Below are positions 1 to 10,150 of a stretch of 64,000 nucleotides of DNA, one piece after another (position 1 is the first letter of the stretch; every line of letters begins with the position of its first letter). Where the stretch lies: the sequence record KX130862. One strand, written 5' to 3'. The position numbers were made by a program, and so were the translations under genes. The notes below the pieces were generated by a model, which saw nothing but the letters and a program-made list of their open reading frames with translations, did not search any database and was not told where the DNA came from. Source of the stretch: Shigella phage SHFML-26.

Positions 1-71
1 CCAACTACTACCGCTGAAACCTGTGCAACCCACCACGCACAAGCAATAAGTACAGAATTCAAAATTTTCAT
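1..71 (-). CDS. partial CDS, N-terminal 23 codons only (gene continues past window start); hydrophobic N-terminus
   Basis: ATG at 69-71 (minus) preceded by GAGGT; ORF open to window edge. Confidence 0.3.
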   Translation of the reverse strand, partial: MKILNSVLIACAWWVAQVSAVVV

Positions 72-150
72 AATAACCTCATCACAAAAGTAAATGTTAA
101 ACAAATTAATGGAATACTAATTAACCAAACAAAACACCACCATAATGAAC

Positions 151-414
151 TCATAGTTCAATCTCAGCGATTTTCATTTCATTATTGTTAATAGCATTTT
201 TAAGACTATCCGAAAGAATTACATTCCAGTGGTCATTCATATGACCATTAACTAAGCGTGTAATTTCTTCGGGAGTTGAAAAATAAGGCGTATCAGACTC
301 CCAATGCGATAATCCTAAGCGAGTATAAATCATGCCTTCATCATCGCTAGAATATTCAACTGACACAAACTCATCAGTTATTTTATGTTTAGCGTAATAA
401 AATTTAAATTTCAT
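151..414 (-). CDS. hypothetical small protein (87 aa)
   Basis: ORF track 151..513; start moved to ATG at 412-414 (MKFKFYY) behind GGAG SD and early promoter. Confidence 0.45.
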   Translation of the reverse strand: MKFKFYYAKHKITDEFVSVEYSSDDEGMIYTRLGLSHWESDTPYFSTPEEITRLVNGHMNDHWNVILSDSLKNAINNNEMKIAEIEL

Positions 415-420
415 TTTACT

Positions 421-457
421 CTCCAAATCCGTATCAGTTGATAGTTGTATAGTACCA
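421..457 (-). repeat. conserved promoter-leader cassette CTCCAAATCCGTATCAGTTGATAGTTGTATAGTACCA (copy 1)
   Basis: Near-identical copies at 27018-27054 and 54181-54217; partial copies at 52752-52777, 57783-57803, 8420-8441. Confidence 0.6.
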
Positions 458-494
458 CGGTCCTTGTGGTATGTAAACCATTTTGTGAAATTTT

Positions 495-1052
495 TTAAAT
501 GGAAAGATACCATCCGCTGTAGTTGCTTTTTCTTACAACCTTACGAAGGTCTTCTCTATCACCGATGAACTTCGGAGTGTATTGGATGACACCTGGATGA
601 ATTTCTTTAGTGTTGAATATAATTATACAGTCAGCGACTTGATGATTTAGAATGGGCCCTAGATTTATTCCAGAACCATATGGATACTCTCCGCTGCATC
701 CTGTTGTCACCGAAATCCAACGTGAGTCAGTTTGATGTGTCTTAACTTCTACACGAAGCCCGCAGTATCTTGGATGCGCCAATACATCCCATGCATATGT
801 GTACGGATCATCGACATCTTCTTGACCTTTGTTAACATACCCGCTCATCCAATCTGCTACAAAAAACTCTGCGTACACAGCGATACGGCATCTTTCGATA
901 ACTTCTGCCTTATCCTGATTTGGGTTTTGTTTTAAAGAGTATCTTGCAGTATCAACAATTTTGACCTTCATTTCACTAGTCAAGTCACTGTTCGATAGGG
1001 TAAATGTCGGAATCTGAAATAGTCTCTGTAACCCCGGATTCGTTTTCTGCAT
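495..1052 (-). CDS. denB: putative endonuclease IV (DenB-like), 185 aa
   Basis: 185-aa ORF downstream of rIIB; assignment by size and position only. Confidence 0.4.
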   Translation of the reverse strand: MQKTNPGLQRLFQIPTFTLSNSDLTSEMKVKIVDTARYSLKQNPNQDKAEVIERCRIAVYAEFFVADWMSGYVNKGQEDVDDPYTYAWDVLAHPRYCGLRVEVKTHQTDSRWISVTTGCSGEYPYGSGINLGPILNHQVADCIIIFNTKEIHPGVIQYTPKFIGDREDLRKVVRKSNYSGWYLSI

Positions 1053-1314
1053 TTAAACTTTCCTTTTTACCACTAAGATAAGCGTTATACACTTTAAGAG
1101 TACCATAGTAAATTCGATCATTTTCATCTAAAGAATTACGATCAAGTTCATCGAGATTCTTTTTGTCCATGACTATAACATCATTGCAGTAAAGAACTCC
1201 AAGTTTTTCATGCCCAAACTCGAATTTATTGCAGTACACAATATTAACGTAATGATTACCATGTAGAGAAATTTCTTTTATGTCGGTGTCACCGATATTC
1301 ATACAATAAATCAT
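985..1314 (-). CDS. hypothetical protein
   Basis: ORF track; overlaps start of 495..1052 ORF. Confidence 0.35.
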   Translation of the reverse strand: MIYCMNIGDTDIKEISLHGNHYVNIVYCNKFEFGHEKLGVLYCNDVIVMDKKNLDELDRNSLDENDRIYYGTLKVYNAYLSGKKESLNAENESGVTETISDSDIYPIEQ

Positions 1315-1321
1315 AATTTAC

Positions 1322-1345
1322 CTTAAAACAAAAGGGCCGAAGCCC
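1322..1345 (-). terminator. intrinsic terminator (GGGCUUCGGCCC hairpin + U-run)
   Basis: GC stem with UUCG tetraloop followed by TTTTGTTTT on minus strand. Confidence 0.55.
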
Positions 1346-1540
1346 TTATTTGAATTGTTCAATTCTTTTCTCTAAACAGTCAGCATAAGATTTCATTGAG
1401 ATAAACTGCGAAAGTAACAGTTCTTGCTCAACTGCACTAACTGTTAGAAACTTTGCGCTTTCTAAAAATTTGCTCAGTGCATTAATTTTGAGCATTAATT
1501 GATCGTATTCTTCTTTTACTCGTGCTTGATAACCTAACAT
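1346..1540 (-). CDS. hypothetical protein (64 aa), ends EQFK like rIIB
   Basis: ORF track; flanked by GGGCCGAAGCCC hairpins. Confidence 0.4.
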   Translation of the reverse strand: MLGYQARVKEEYDQLMLKINALSKFLESAKFLTVSAVEQELLLSQFISMKSYADCLEKRIEQFK

Positions 1541-1568
1541 AATTTTCCTTAGTTAAGGGCCGAAGCCC

Positions 1569-2507
1569 TTATTTAAATTGTTCAGTAACGTCTTCAACTA
1601 CTTCGTATTGGCAGGTACGCATTTTAGCATCGTTGTAATCAATCGGAATTGATACTACATCGCGAGGATGAACTTTAACTTTTACAACTCGGCTGGTTGA
1701 ACTACCAAAGTGACGAATATAAGATTTAGAACACACATGCAGACCGCGAGAACAAGTCTGTGTATCATCGTCATTCACACGAGTACGTGGCATTTTAACT
1801 ACTTTACCCGGACTGTTATCAAAGGTGTTTGAGTGACAGTCAAAGTAATTGCTGCGAACTACTTTCCAAGCATAGAAGTAGCCATCTTCTGTAATTTCAA
1901 TATCGTTTGCTACCAAGAAATCAAAGAGTCGAGATACCGCTTTTTGGCTTGGGTTTTCCAACAGATTTTCCAAGAACGGAAAATAAAATTCAAAGTTTTC
2001 GCCTTTTTCCATCGAGTCAAGAATACGATCAACCAAACCAGACCGCAATTCAATATTTTGATAGAACAAGCTTCCACCTTCAATTCGAACATCGCCGGAA
2101 ATATATTTTTCAACAGCGCGACGAACATTAATTTTTTGTGCAGCTTCTTCCAGCTTATCTGCTACAAGCAGATTAAGAATTTCCTGGAAGTTTGAATGAG
2201 TATTAGGAGTTGCGTTATAAGTTACACCGTCAACAGTAATTGAAATGAATTTTTTAGATGCATTCCAAATAATGTCAGATTTAGCAACTGGAGCAATAAC
2301 TGCATCGCTATTAACTTTAACTGTAATATCACCGCTAATAGTAACTTTAGGGCGTTTAGCTTCTTCAGCATTTTTCAAAACACGACGGATTGTGTCAACC
2401 GATACATCCTTCCAATAAGCCAATTCCTGTTGGGTGTAATTACCACTTGAATACAGTTTAACAATTTCAGCTTGTTCGTTTTTGGTCAGGCATTTAATAT
2501 TGTACAT
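1569..2507 (-). CDS. rIIB: rIIB protein (312 aa)
   Basis: 312-aa ORF directly downstream of rIIA; sequence recognised as T-even rIIB. Confidence 0.9.
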   Translation of the reverse strand: MYNIKCLTKNEQAEIVKLYSSGNYTQQELAYWKDVSVDTIRRVLKNAEEAKRPKVTISGDITVKVNSDAVIAPVAKSDIIWNASKKFISITVDGVTYNATPNTHSNFQEILNLLVADKLEEAAQKINVRRAVEKYISGDVRIEGGSLFYQNIELRSGLVDRILDSMEKGENFEFYFPFLENLLENPSQKAVSRLFDFLVANDIEITEDGYFYAWKVVRSNYFDCHSNTFDNSPGKVVKMPRTRVNDDDTQTCSRGLHVCSKSYIRHFGSSTSRVVKVKVHPRDVVSIPIDYNDAKMRTCQYEVVEDVTEQFK

Positions 2508-2518
2508 AATTTTCCTTA

Positions 2519-4696
2519 TTAGGCCGCAAGGGCCTTCATAGTTTTAGCGATTTGAGAAACTTCATCATCACTTAAAGAGTTGCGATAACCGATGAAGTCG
2601 GAAACAATACGGAATTTCTTGGTAAACTCAGCAACCATTTTATCGCTGTTTTTTGAAGCATTATTTGATAATACATCAAAAAGATTAGTTACTGTCCAGA
2701 TGTCATGACCGATGGTATCTTTTCCACCATTAAAATATACGCCCCGTAATGAACTAACCATATTAGCGAGTCGTGTATATTCTTCAGAAACTTCATCTAT
2801 ACTGAAGTACTTCATCATAAAATCTAACTCAGGATACTTGATAATTTTATCAATATATCGTTTAGCTGAACTTGAATAACCTACATACTTATCATAATCT
2901 ACATCATCAAAAGCATCTACATATAAATCACGCAAAGCTTCAAAAATACATTGGCACTGACCGAGTTCTTTTACCTTTTTCTGCAAAAGCGGACGAATAA
3001 CATAAAATTCATTAATGCCAATAAGATTAGCCATACGAATCAAAATATTCATAGATGGATGACAAAGAGATGTAGTACCATCCATAGAGAAAATATCAGA
3101 ACGATGCATATACGCTACATACCCAGTAATTTCATCTGCTTCTGATGTGAGCGTAAATAATTCCTCTTTTTCCCAGCGCCCGTCTTTAATTTCAAACTTA
3201 AATGCTGTAGCAGCTTTAGGACGAGGAGCTTTACTTTTAACTACCTTTGGAATATAACTTTTTACTAAAGCTTCAATTTCTGACAAATAATGAATGTTAA
3301 CTTCATCACTTTCAAACATCGCCATAATATCAGGGAGTAAATCAATCTGCGATTCTACTTCTGGATTAATAAACAGAAGACGTTCGTTATGATGAATATT
3401 CAAAGTGTTATTAAATTCACTATCATCTAACGCTCGTGCTAATCCACGAACAATATTAACACGATTTTTAATATTATCAATAACGATATTAATTTTTGTT
3501 GTATTAATACCAAACAGACGATAACTTGATGCAACGGCTGAAGTTTCATGACTTTGCTTAATGCGCTTCAGTCGAGGGTCAAGATTTACTTCATACACAA
3601 CTCCTGCATTGCATAACTTACTATCAGGTTCAAACATGCTTTGCATCTTCTTATATGACAGATTTTTAGTCGTAAATTTGACTGAATTACTAATCATATA
3701 ATCTCGAGCAGAATACCCCATCTTCATCAATTCACGATATGTGTGACGAGGAGATGTAGATTCTTTAAATCGTTTTACATCTTCATTAAATGCTTTCTCA
3801 CTGAGTTCTTTAACTCGTTCAATAATATTTTTACGAGTGCGATCATCCAGTGAAAGAGCCTCGCGAGATGGAGCAATATCAAGTGAACCCATTGGAAACT
3901 TAATGTAATTCACTTCATTGCGAATGCTTAGCCAGTTACGGTCTCTAATAACACCATCAATAGGATAAACAATACCGCCATAGATAGCATATAATCCACC
4001 ACGATCAGGCCAGTATCTTTCTGGATTTACACCATAATAATCATCAAAATCAGGAAAATAATCAATTTCGCGGTCAAGACCATTAATGATAGCCAAATCT
4101 TTGAACGGTCGCATGATATAAGAAACTTCATAAGCAAAGTTTCTAAAATCTTTTTCTTCAACTGGAACTACGATTTCAATACCAGTTTTATCATCTGGAC
4201 CCATTTCTTTTACGAATGTAGGTTTAATCTGTGGGCCATCACCATCCATGTAAGCTACATAACCACGAATTTCACCTTTATGATACGAAGTAATACTAAA
4301 CGTATCAGTATAACTAAACGGAGATTTAGAACCTAAACCAAATCCGCCAATAAAGTCATTAGATTCAGCTTTAGATGAACTGAAGTATGAATTATACAAC
4401 CCAGGAGAATTATCATCACCTTGAATATCAAAATCACTCATACCCGGACCAAAATCTCGACAAACAAATCGCGGATCTAAACGTCCAGGAACTTGTATAA
4501 TAAATTTTTCAGGATTTCCATTAAGTGCATGAGCATCAATCATGTTAGTAATCAATTCACGGACTACTGCGCGAATCTTGTTTGTATACAAATCAGATGA
4601 CAGAATTTTAAATACTTTAGGAGATGCTGTGATGCTAAATGCTTTTGATTTAGAACCATTACCAAGAATTGTTTCTTTTTCAGTAGTGATAATCAT
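2519..4696 (-). CDS. rIIA: rIIA protein (725 aa)
   Basis: 725-aa ORF, recognised rIIA sequence and length. Confidence 0.9.
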   Translation of the reverse strand: MIITTEKETILGNGSKSKAFSITASPKVFKILSSDLYTNKIRAVVRELITNMIDAHALNGNPEKFIIQVPGRLDPRFVCRDFGPGMSDFDIQGDDNSPGLYNSYFSSSKAESNDFIGGFGLGSKSPFSYTDTFSITSYHKGEIRGYVAYMDGDGPQIKPTFVKEMGPDDKTGIEIVVPVEEKDFRNFAYEVSYIMRPFKDLAIINGLDREIDYFPDFDDYYGVNPERYWPDRGGLYAIYGGIVYPIDGVIRDRNWLSIRNEVNYIKFPMGSLDIAPSREALSLDDRTRKNIIERVKELSEKAFNEDVKRFKESTSPRHTYRELMKMGYSARDYMISNSVKFTTKNLSYKKMQSMFEPDSKLCNAGVVYEVNLDPRLKRIKQSHETSAVASSYRLFGINTTKINIVIDNIKNRVNIVRGLARALDDSEFNNTLNIHHNERLLFINPEVESQIDLLPDIMAMFESDEVNIHYLSEIEALVKSYIPKVVKSKAPRPKAATAFKFEIKDGRWEKEELFTLTSEADEITGYVAYMHRSDIFSMDGTTSLCHPSMNILIRMANLIGINEFYVIRPLLQKKVKELGQCQCIFEALRDLYVDAFDDVDYDKYVGYSSSAKRYIDKIIKYPELDFMMKYFSIDEVSEEYTRLANMVSSLRGVYFNGGKDTIGHDIWTVTNLFDVLSNNASKNSDKMVAEFTKKFRIVSDFIGYRNSLSDDEVSQIAKTMKALAA

Positions 4697-4706
4697 AATT
4701 TCCTCA

Positions 4707-4910
4707 TTAATTCATATTACGCTTAATAACTTCGGCAACTTCTAGTAGTTCATCTTTAGTTGCGGTGTCGGATTGAATTTTATCTCTAATATCCTTAAAG
4801 CGGTTTTTAAATTCTTCGGCTTCTCCCATATCGAAAAAGCGTTGAATGATTCTATATTCTCGATGAACTGCTTTATCAAAAAGTTCTAAATTTACTTTAT
4901 ATGATTTCAT
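4707..4910 (-). CDS. rIIA.1-like small protein
   Basis: 67-aa ORF between topoisomerase gene and rIIA, behind an early promoter. Confidence 0.55.
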   Translation of the reverse strand: MKSYKVNLELFDKAVHREYRIIQRFFDMGEAEEFKNRFKDIRDKIQSDTATKDELLEVAEVIKRNMN

Positions 4911-4935
4911 TTCAATATCCTCATTTGCCCAATTA

Positions 4936-4965
4936 ATTATACCACATCCTTGTGGTAAAGTAAAC
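4936..4965 (-). promoter_or_regulatory. T4-type early promoter (GTTTAC -35, 18-nt spacer, TATAAT -10) for rIIA.1-rIIA-rIIB
   Basis: Minus strand reads GTTTACTTTACCACAAGGATGTGGTATAAT. Confidence 0.6.
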
Positions 4966-6782
4966 TACTGACTCATCCATTCTTTACGAAGGTCAGCATT
5001 ATCTCCCATGAGCATTTCAAAAAGCTCTTTCCAGTTCTCAGGAAGTTTAACAACATCATATACTGGGTTTTGAATCATCTCACGATATTCAGATTTTTCC
5101 AAAGAGCCAAGTCCCTTAATATAACGGATGCTATGTTTAGGTAGAGCATCTTTGGCACTCTCATATTCAGCGACTGTATAAAACCATTCTTGTTTTTTAC
5201 CGACCTGAGCGATGATTACAGGAGTTTTGACAAAACGAATTCGTCCTTGCTCAAACAATTCTGGCCAATTACTAAAAAATCCGAGCAGAGAAGGATAAAT
5301 GCTTCCTAGACCATCATGGTCAGCATCAGTCATAATAGCAATATTATGATAATTCAAGTTTTCAGCTTTTTCACCGAGAACTAATCCAGTGATTGCGCAA
5401 ATATCAAACAGTTCTTTGTTTTTAAGCATATCTGCATAAGACATACCCCAACTGTTGAGAACTTTACCGCGCAATGGATAACCACCGTGAAGTTCTTTAT
5501 CACGAACATCAATAAGATATCCGATAGCAGAATCACCCTCAGTCAAGAAAAGAGTAGTATCAGCATCTTTACCGCAAAGATTCGCTTTGATATGTTTATG
5601 AACCTTAGCTTTAGAAGCCTTTTTAGCTGCTTTAGTTTCTGCTGCTTTTTCTGCCGCCAATTTACGAGCCAAAGCAGCTTCAATAATCGGCATTAGAATT
5701 GCTTCATTATTTAGAATAGCACGTGAAATCTTTTTAGCATCAAGCTGAATATGACTACGGATTTCACCAAATGGAGAAGTCAAACGCTCTTTAGTTTGAG
5801 AATCAAATCGCATGTTTTTCATATCACGGACAAACATAACGATAGTCAAACATTCTTTAACGCGTGCTTTAGTCACATCAATTTTGAACTTACGTTTGAT
5901 TTGTGGAATAAGGTCTTCACAAATATCATCCATAACACAGTCAATGTGATGGCCACCATTCTTAGTGTGGATGTTATTCACATAAGTTAATTGACGAAAT
6001 CCATCCGGTGAACGACCAACTGCAATAGAACAATTTTCTTGTTCTTGAACAATAGCATGCTCATCATATTGGCGTGCATATTTCTTAAAATTGCCCTGAA
6101 CCTTTTTACCATTAAAGGTAAATTGAATATCAGGATAAACTACTGCAAGTGTCTGGAGACGATCTAATGTAATGTCAAGATAAACTTGGGACAGCTCATT
6201 AGTTTCAAATGACATAAAATCAGGAATGAAAGTAACACGAGTTCCTTTCCATTTTCCAGGAATATCTTCCCATGATTTATTTTCCATGCCATTTGAACAA
6301 CGAACTACAATATTATTTTGACCATCACCAGTTTCACCGACAAACATCACAGAAAAAATGTTAGTTAAACTAGAACCAACACCGTTCATACCACCGGTGA
6401 CACGTTCTTTATCATCACCGAAGTTACCACCTGCTTTTGGAATAGTCCATGCAGCAACAGGACCAGGAATTTCTTCACCGGTAGGTGTTTTAACCATCGC
6501 TTGTGGAATACCACGACCGTTATCTTCAACTGTTACTTGATTGTTTTTAATAGTAACATTAATTTTATTTGCGAATTTAAACTTAGTACGAATACCTTCA
6601 TCTACTGAGTTATCGATAATTTCATCAATAAGCTTAACAAGACCAGGTACATACTGAACACTTTCCCATTTACCAAACAGAAAGCGCTCATGCATTTCAT
6701 TAGCTGAAGAGCCAATGTACATGCCGCTACGCTTTTTGATATGTTCAATATCACTCAGAATTTTAATTTCATTCTTAATCAT
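4965..6782 (-). CDS. 39: DNA topoisomerase II large subunit (gene 39), single unsplit ORF of 605 aa
   Basis: GHKL ATPase and Toprim-like motifs (DNGRGIP, TEGDSA); ATG at 6780-6782 behind GAGGA; no gene-60 split or bypass gap. Confidence 0.9.
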   Translation of the reverse strand: MIKNEIKILSDIEHIKKRSGMYIGSSANEMHERFLFGKWESVQYVPGLVKLIDEIIDNSVDEGIRTKFKFANKINVTIKNNQVTVEDNGRGIPQAMVKTPTGEEIPGPVAAWTIPKAGGNFGDDKERVTGGMNGVGSSLTNIFSVMFVGETGDGQNNIVVRCSNGMENKSWEDIPGKWKGTRVTFIPDFMSFETNELSQVYLDITLDRLQTLAVVYPDIQFTFNGKKVQGNFKKYARQYDEHAIVQEQENCSIAVGRSPDGFRQLTYVNNIHTKNGGHHIDCVMDDICEDLIPQIKRKFKIDVTKARVKECLTIVMFVRDMKNMRFDSQTKERLTSPFGEIRSHIQLDAKKISRAILNNEAILMPIIEAALARKLAAEKAAETKAAKKASKAKVHKHIKANLCGKDADTTLFLTEGDSAIGYLIDVRDKELHGGYPLRGKVLNSWGMSYADMLKNKELFDICAITGLVLGEKAENLNYHNIAIMTDADHDGLGSIYPSLLGFFSNWPELFEQGRIRFVKTPVIIAQVGKKQEWFYTVAEYESAKDALPKHSIRYIKGLGSLEKSEYREMIQNPVYDVVKLPENWKELFEMLMGDNADLRKEWMSQ

Positions 6783-6834
6783 CACTTATCCTCGTTTGGT
6801 TTCGGGAATATTATACTCCGGTAATCATAAAGCT

Positions 6835-6853
6835 AAAGGCCCGAAGGCCTTTT
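6835..6853 (-). terminator. stem-loop (AAAGGCC-CGAA-GGCCTTT), possible bidirectional terminator
   Basis: 7-bp stem; weak U-run on minus strand. Confidence 0.35.
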
Positions 6854-7121
6854 ATTTAAAACGGATAGTCGAATCCTTAAAGAACAACCCAGAACATACG
6901 GTTCCTTCTACTTTTTGCCCAGTAGGTCCAATAGCACGAAATCCAGTATGCTGGAAATCATTTTCAGAGCAACCGAACCAGTTATATCCAGTGATTTCAA
7001 TATTAGTAAAACCACTTGAAGACAAAATTTTAGTTGCATTATCAGCATCAGTACATCCTACTAAAGACACTACTAGTACTAATGCCGCGATAGAACGATT
7101 AATATATTTCATAATTTTCAC
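6852..7121 (-). CDS. putative lipoprotein (signal peptide with LVGC lipobox)
   Basis: ORF track; N-terminal signal and lipobox. Confidence 0.5.
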   Translation of the reverse strand: MKIMKYINRSIAALVLVVSLVGCTDADNATKILSSSGFTNIEITGYNWFGCSENDFQHTGFRAIGPTGQKVEGTVCSGLFFKDSTIRFK

Positions 7122-7489
7122 TCAAATTTAATGGCTTGAAGGAGACTAATAATTCTCAAGCGACTTCCTTCATCTTTAACTGTAAAAGAAAGAGGGTCAC
7201 CAGACTTCATAGTGATAGTGCATTCAAAATCAAAATCTTCGGGAACTTCTTCGAAGAAGTCAAATTCTTCATCATAAATTAAAACTTCACTCCGAAGACT
7301 GTGAAGAATTTTTCCGTCATTTCCAGATGCTGTACTAATCATTGTAACATTATTACCTTTCATATCTTCAACGATAAATTCGCTTGTAGATATTACATTA
7401 CTAATAGAACCATTCCTATAAATAGCAGAAAATAGATATTTCTTTTCTTCACCTTCGCGAATGCGATATTTCTTACCAATTTTAAACAT
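7118..7489 (-). CDS. hypothetical protein
   Basis: ORF track; 4-nt overlap with upstream gene. Confidence 0.5.
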   Translation of the reverse strand: MFKIGKKYRIREGEEKKYLFSAIYRNGSISNVISTSEFIVEDMKGNNVTMISTASGNDGKILHSLRSEVLIYDEEFDFFEEVPEDFDFECTITMKSGDPLSFTVKDEGSRLRIISLLQAIKFE

Positions 7490-7492
7490 AAT

Positions 7493-7669
7493 TACCCTTT
7501 AAGTAAGTCGTAAAATCCACCATTCACATGCTTAGGGGCAGAGACTAACCGAATAGCAATCCGATGACAATCAGGACATACATCAGTATCTCTTTCAGAA
7601 ATTTTCTTGATTTTTTCGTATTCTTTTGCGCAGTCTTTTGATTGACATTTATAATCATAAAGCGGCATA
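7493..7669 (-). CDS. small zinc-ribbon protein (58 aa, CxxC...CxxC)
   Basis: Own translation of minus strand: MPLYDYKCQSKDCAKEYEKIKKISERDTDVCPDCHRIA...; below ORF-track cutoff. Confidence 0.4.
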
Positions 7670-7670
7670 A

Positions 7671-8084
7671 TTATTCCTTAAAGTGAGCTTTCAACATCTG
7701 ATACAAGGACCATGCCTGTTCATTATTTTCAATAGTAACTTTCATTACAGGGAATTTAGATTGATCAGTTATCGGTGCAGATTCTTCCTGCTCTTCAGCT
7801 GCCTGGTATGGATTTTCAACTTCATTAAAGAATTCAGCTTCATTCGATGAAAGCCAAATAAAATCTTCATCCAAAATATCTTTACCAGAAGATAGTACTA
7901 AATTTCCAGCAAATGACATAATTTTAATAGGACGCCCAAGAGCATCCACATCTAAAATTTTAAAAGGATGCATACCTAAACGGCGTGCATAGATTCCGTT
8001 ATCAGTATGGTCTTTAATAAAATTTTCTTGAGCTTGTTTATTTTTAAATTGATACCATTTATTAACTTCAAATCTAATAGCCAT
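7671..8084 (-). CDS. hypothetical protein
   Basis: ORF track. Confidence 0.5.
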   Translation of the reverse strand: MAIRFEVNKWYQFKNKQAQENFIKDHTDNGIYARRLGMHPFKILDVDALGRPIKIMSFAGNLVLSSGKDILDEDFIWLSSNEAEFFNEVENPYQAAEEQEESAPITDQSKFPVMKVTIENNEQAWSLYQMLKAHFKE

Positions 8085-8302
8085 TAATAAATTTCCTTCC
8101 AGTAAGTTGTGCCATCTTCAGTGATTTCACGGAATACACCATAAATTGGTTGTTTATCACCGACTTTCTCATATACATAAACCGAAGTCAAGTGAGTAAA
8201 CTTGATAGTGTGTTCCTTTTGAACTACTACCAAATCTGGATCGAATAATACATCTTCAAATTCATCATTAGTGCAATTCTGAACAATTTTACGTTTCATC
8301 AT
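8084..8302 (-). CDS. hypothetical protein
   Basis: ORF track. Confidence 0.45.
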   Translation of the reverse strand: MMKRKIVQNCTNDEFEDVLFDPDLVVVQKEHTIKFTHLTSVYVYEKVGDKQPIYGVFREITEDGTTYWKEIY

Positions 8303-8473
8303 AATTTCCTCATTAATTGAACATTGGAGCGATGCGTTTCAGAAGAGTATCAGCGCACCTTTAACGAATTATCCATTTTATTCTTCAAGTTGTTTTCTGT
8401 ATCAGTAGTTGATATTGATATAGTACCATAATCAACTACTGATGTATATAGTTTTATGAAAAAATTTTAAACT

Positions 8474-8965
8474 TTATGCATAGCGAGCTTTGCTGTAGTG
8501 TTTAATCCAACTTTCAGGAATGACTTTGTATGTTCCTAAAAATACCGCGTTGTATAACTTAACGCCATCTTCTACCCATTGATCAGTAATGTATGCACAC
8601 ATAGCGCGAGTACGCTGAGGAAGTGGTTGTCCACCTTCGGTAAATTCAAACTCATAAGGAGCAATGAACTTGATAGCTTGACCAAGTTTCCACTTAAAGT
8701 CTACACCTACATGCGAAGTATCAATCGTTTCAATTCCTTTAGCAGGAACAGCTTTCAAAAACGCAGGCTCAAGAAATTTCCATCGAACATAACCAAACTG
8801 GGGCTTAGACATTCCATCTTTAGCAATGATACGTACTTTTACTTCAGAATCTTCATCTTTAACACCGTGTTTAAGCTGAATGCTTACAACTTCGACCAAT
8901 TTTCCTGCTGCTTTAGAACGGGATTTATCAGATACACGAGCAATTTCACCGATATTAATATTCAT
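8474..8965 (-). CDS. hypothetical protein, apparent paralog of 9042..9584
   Basis: Shared C-terminal motif TDQW(V/I)EDGV.L.N.V. Confidence 0.5.
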   Translation of the reverse strand: MNINIGEIARVSDKSRSKAAGKLVEVVSIQLKHGVKDEDSEVKVRIIAKDGMSKPQFGYVRWKFLEPAFLKAVPAKGIETIDTSHVGVDFKWKLGQAIKFIAPYEFEFTEGGQPLPQRTRAMCAYITDQWVEDGVKLYNAVFLGTYKVIPESWIKHYSKARYA

Positions 8966-9009
8966 AATTATCTCTCACTTGTTAAAAAGATTTTATACTC
9001 CACAGGACC

Positions 9010-9039
9010 ATTATACTCTGGTCCCAAGAGTTTGTAAAC
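9010..9039 (-). promoter_or_regulatory. T4-type early promoter
   Basis: GTTTAC ... TATAAT on minus strand. Confidence 0.55.
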
Positions 9040-9041
9040 TA

Positions 9042-9584
9042 TTAATTCAAAATAGCTACCACTGCACTACGAGGTACTACGCTAAAATCACCTGCATGAA
9101 CAACGTTCAGGAGTTCAACACCATCTTCAATCCATTGGTCTGTTACCCAACCGCAGACGCAAATGAATGGAGTCTTGATAGCAACTGCACGAGTCAAAAG
9201 GTCAGTAGGATCAACTTCTTGGAAGAGGATAAGCTCTGCTTCAAAGACTATAGTTTTAATTACTTCATCATTATCTAAGCGATGTGCTCGAATCACATAA
9301 GCTTTATTCTTATCATGCCAATTACTTTTTGAAAAACTTTTAACCACAAACTCGCCTTCACCAAAAACACTAGTCAATGCTTTATAACCCAAATCTAGTT
9401 CAGTAGTTTTAATTTCAGTTTCAACCAGTTTGTAGGTTTTGCCAATTTCGATGGTCCGAGCAGTCATAAATGTTTCCTTAATTTCTAATGGTTTAATAAG
9501 AGTGCCGTACATGCTTGCTATATCCATATCAAACAGCTTATCTACAGGATTCGGTGTGTATTCAGGATTATAATTAAATTTCAT
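9042..9584 (-). CDS. hypothetical protein, apparent paralog of 8474..8965
   Basis: Shared C-terminal motif; early promoter upstream. Confidence 0.5.
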   Translation of the reverse strand: MKFNYNPEYTPNPVDKLFDMDIASMYGTLIKPLEIKETFMTARTIEIGKTYKLVETEIKTTELDLGYKALTSVFGEGEFVVKSFSKSNWHDKNKAYVIRAHRLDNDEVIKTIVFEAELILFQEVDPTDLLTRAVAIKTPFICVCGWVTDQWIEDGVELLNVVHAGDFSVVPRSAVVAILN

Positions 9585-9586
9585 AA

Positions 9587-10126
9587 TTATCTCATTTCAA
9601 TAAAATCTACAAGTTCAGCATGGGATTTACGGAACATTACTTGGTGTCCGCCAATAATAACTTGGTCATCTGGCACTTCGTATACAGCAAGATAAAATCC
9701 TTTAGAAGATAATTCTTCACGCTCTTCTCGTGTGAACCATCTCATCATATCATATTCGCTAGCGAAAGCAAAATGATAAAGAGCTACAAACCATCCGGGA
9801 ATATGATATTCTACTCCAACATAATCTTTCTTGAACTTAGTATTAATTACGATATTAGCATTTTTAACTAATAGTTTGTCTTCGTGCGGAAGAGGAATTC
9901 TTTTATTATCATTACTATGATGCATAAAATTAGGTCTGTCATAACCTACGTGTAATAACCACTCTTCACTCCATGAATCTATTATACTTCTATATGGCGT
10001 TATTTGAACACAAAGATTTCGACGTATTGTTATAGCATCTTCATAATTAAGAATACTAAAAGATGATTCAACACGATAAATTTTCATTTTATTATCCTCA
10101 GTAGCTATGGTGTTATAATACCACAA
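9587..10126 (-). CDS. hypothetical protein
   Basis: ORF track; early promoter at 10113-10144. Confidence 0.5.
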   Translation of the reverse strand: MWYYNTIATEDNKMKIYRVESSFSILNYEDAITIRRNLCVQITPYRSIIDSWSEEWLLHVGYDRPNFMHHSNDNKRIPLPHEDKLLVKNANIVINTKFKKDYVGVEYHIPGWFVALYHFAFASEYDMMRWFTREEREELSSKGFYLAVYEVPDDQVIIGGHQVMFRKSHAELVDFIEMR

Positions 10127-10144
10127 CTAACCGAGGAAGTAAAC
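10113..10144 (-). promoter_or_regulatory. T4-type early promoter
   Basis: GTTTAC ... TATTAT on minus strand. Confidence 0.5.
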
Positions 10145-10150
10145 AACTTT

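Noticed and set aside
732-935. Plus-strand ORFs in the track (e.g. 732..935, 1833..2195, 5487..5696, 8579..9037, 27970..28314, 31037..31453, 33449..33832, 62772..63155)
   Set aside because: They lie antisense inside strongly supported minus-strand genes, lack RBS and promoter context, and have low-complexity composition; treated as frame artefacts.
2521-2535. AGGCC-GCAAG-GGCCT hairpin between rIIA and rIIB
   Set aside because: No U-run and rIIB starts 12 nt downstream; more likely an RNA structure affecting translation or processing than a terminator.
6795-6832. Possible early promoter upstream of the topoisomerase gene
   Set aside because: A TATAAT-like -10 is present but no GTTTAC-type -35 element at the correct spacing.
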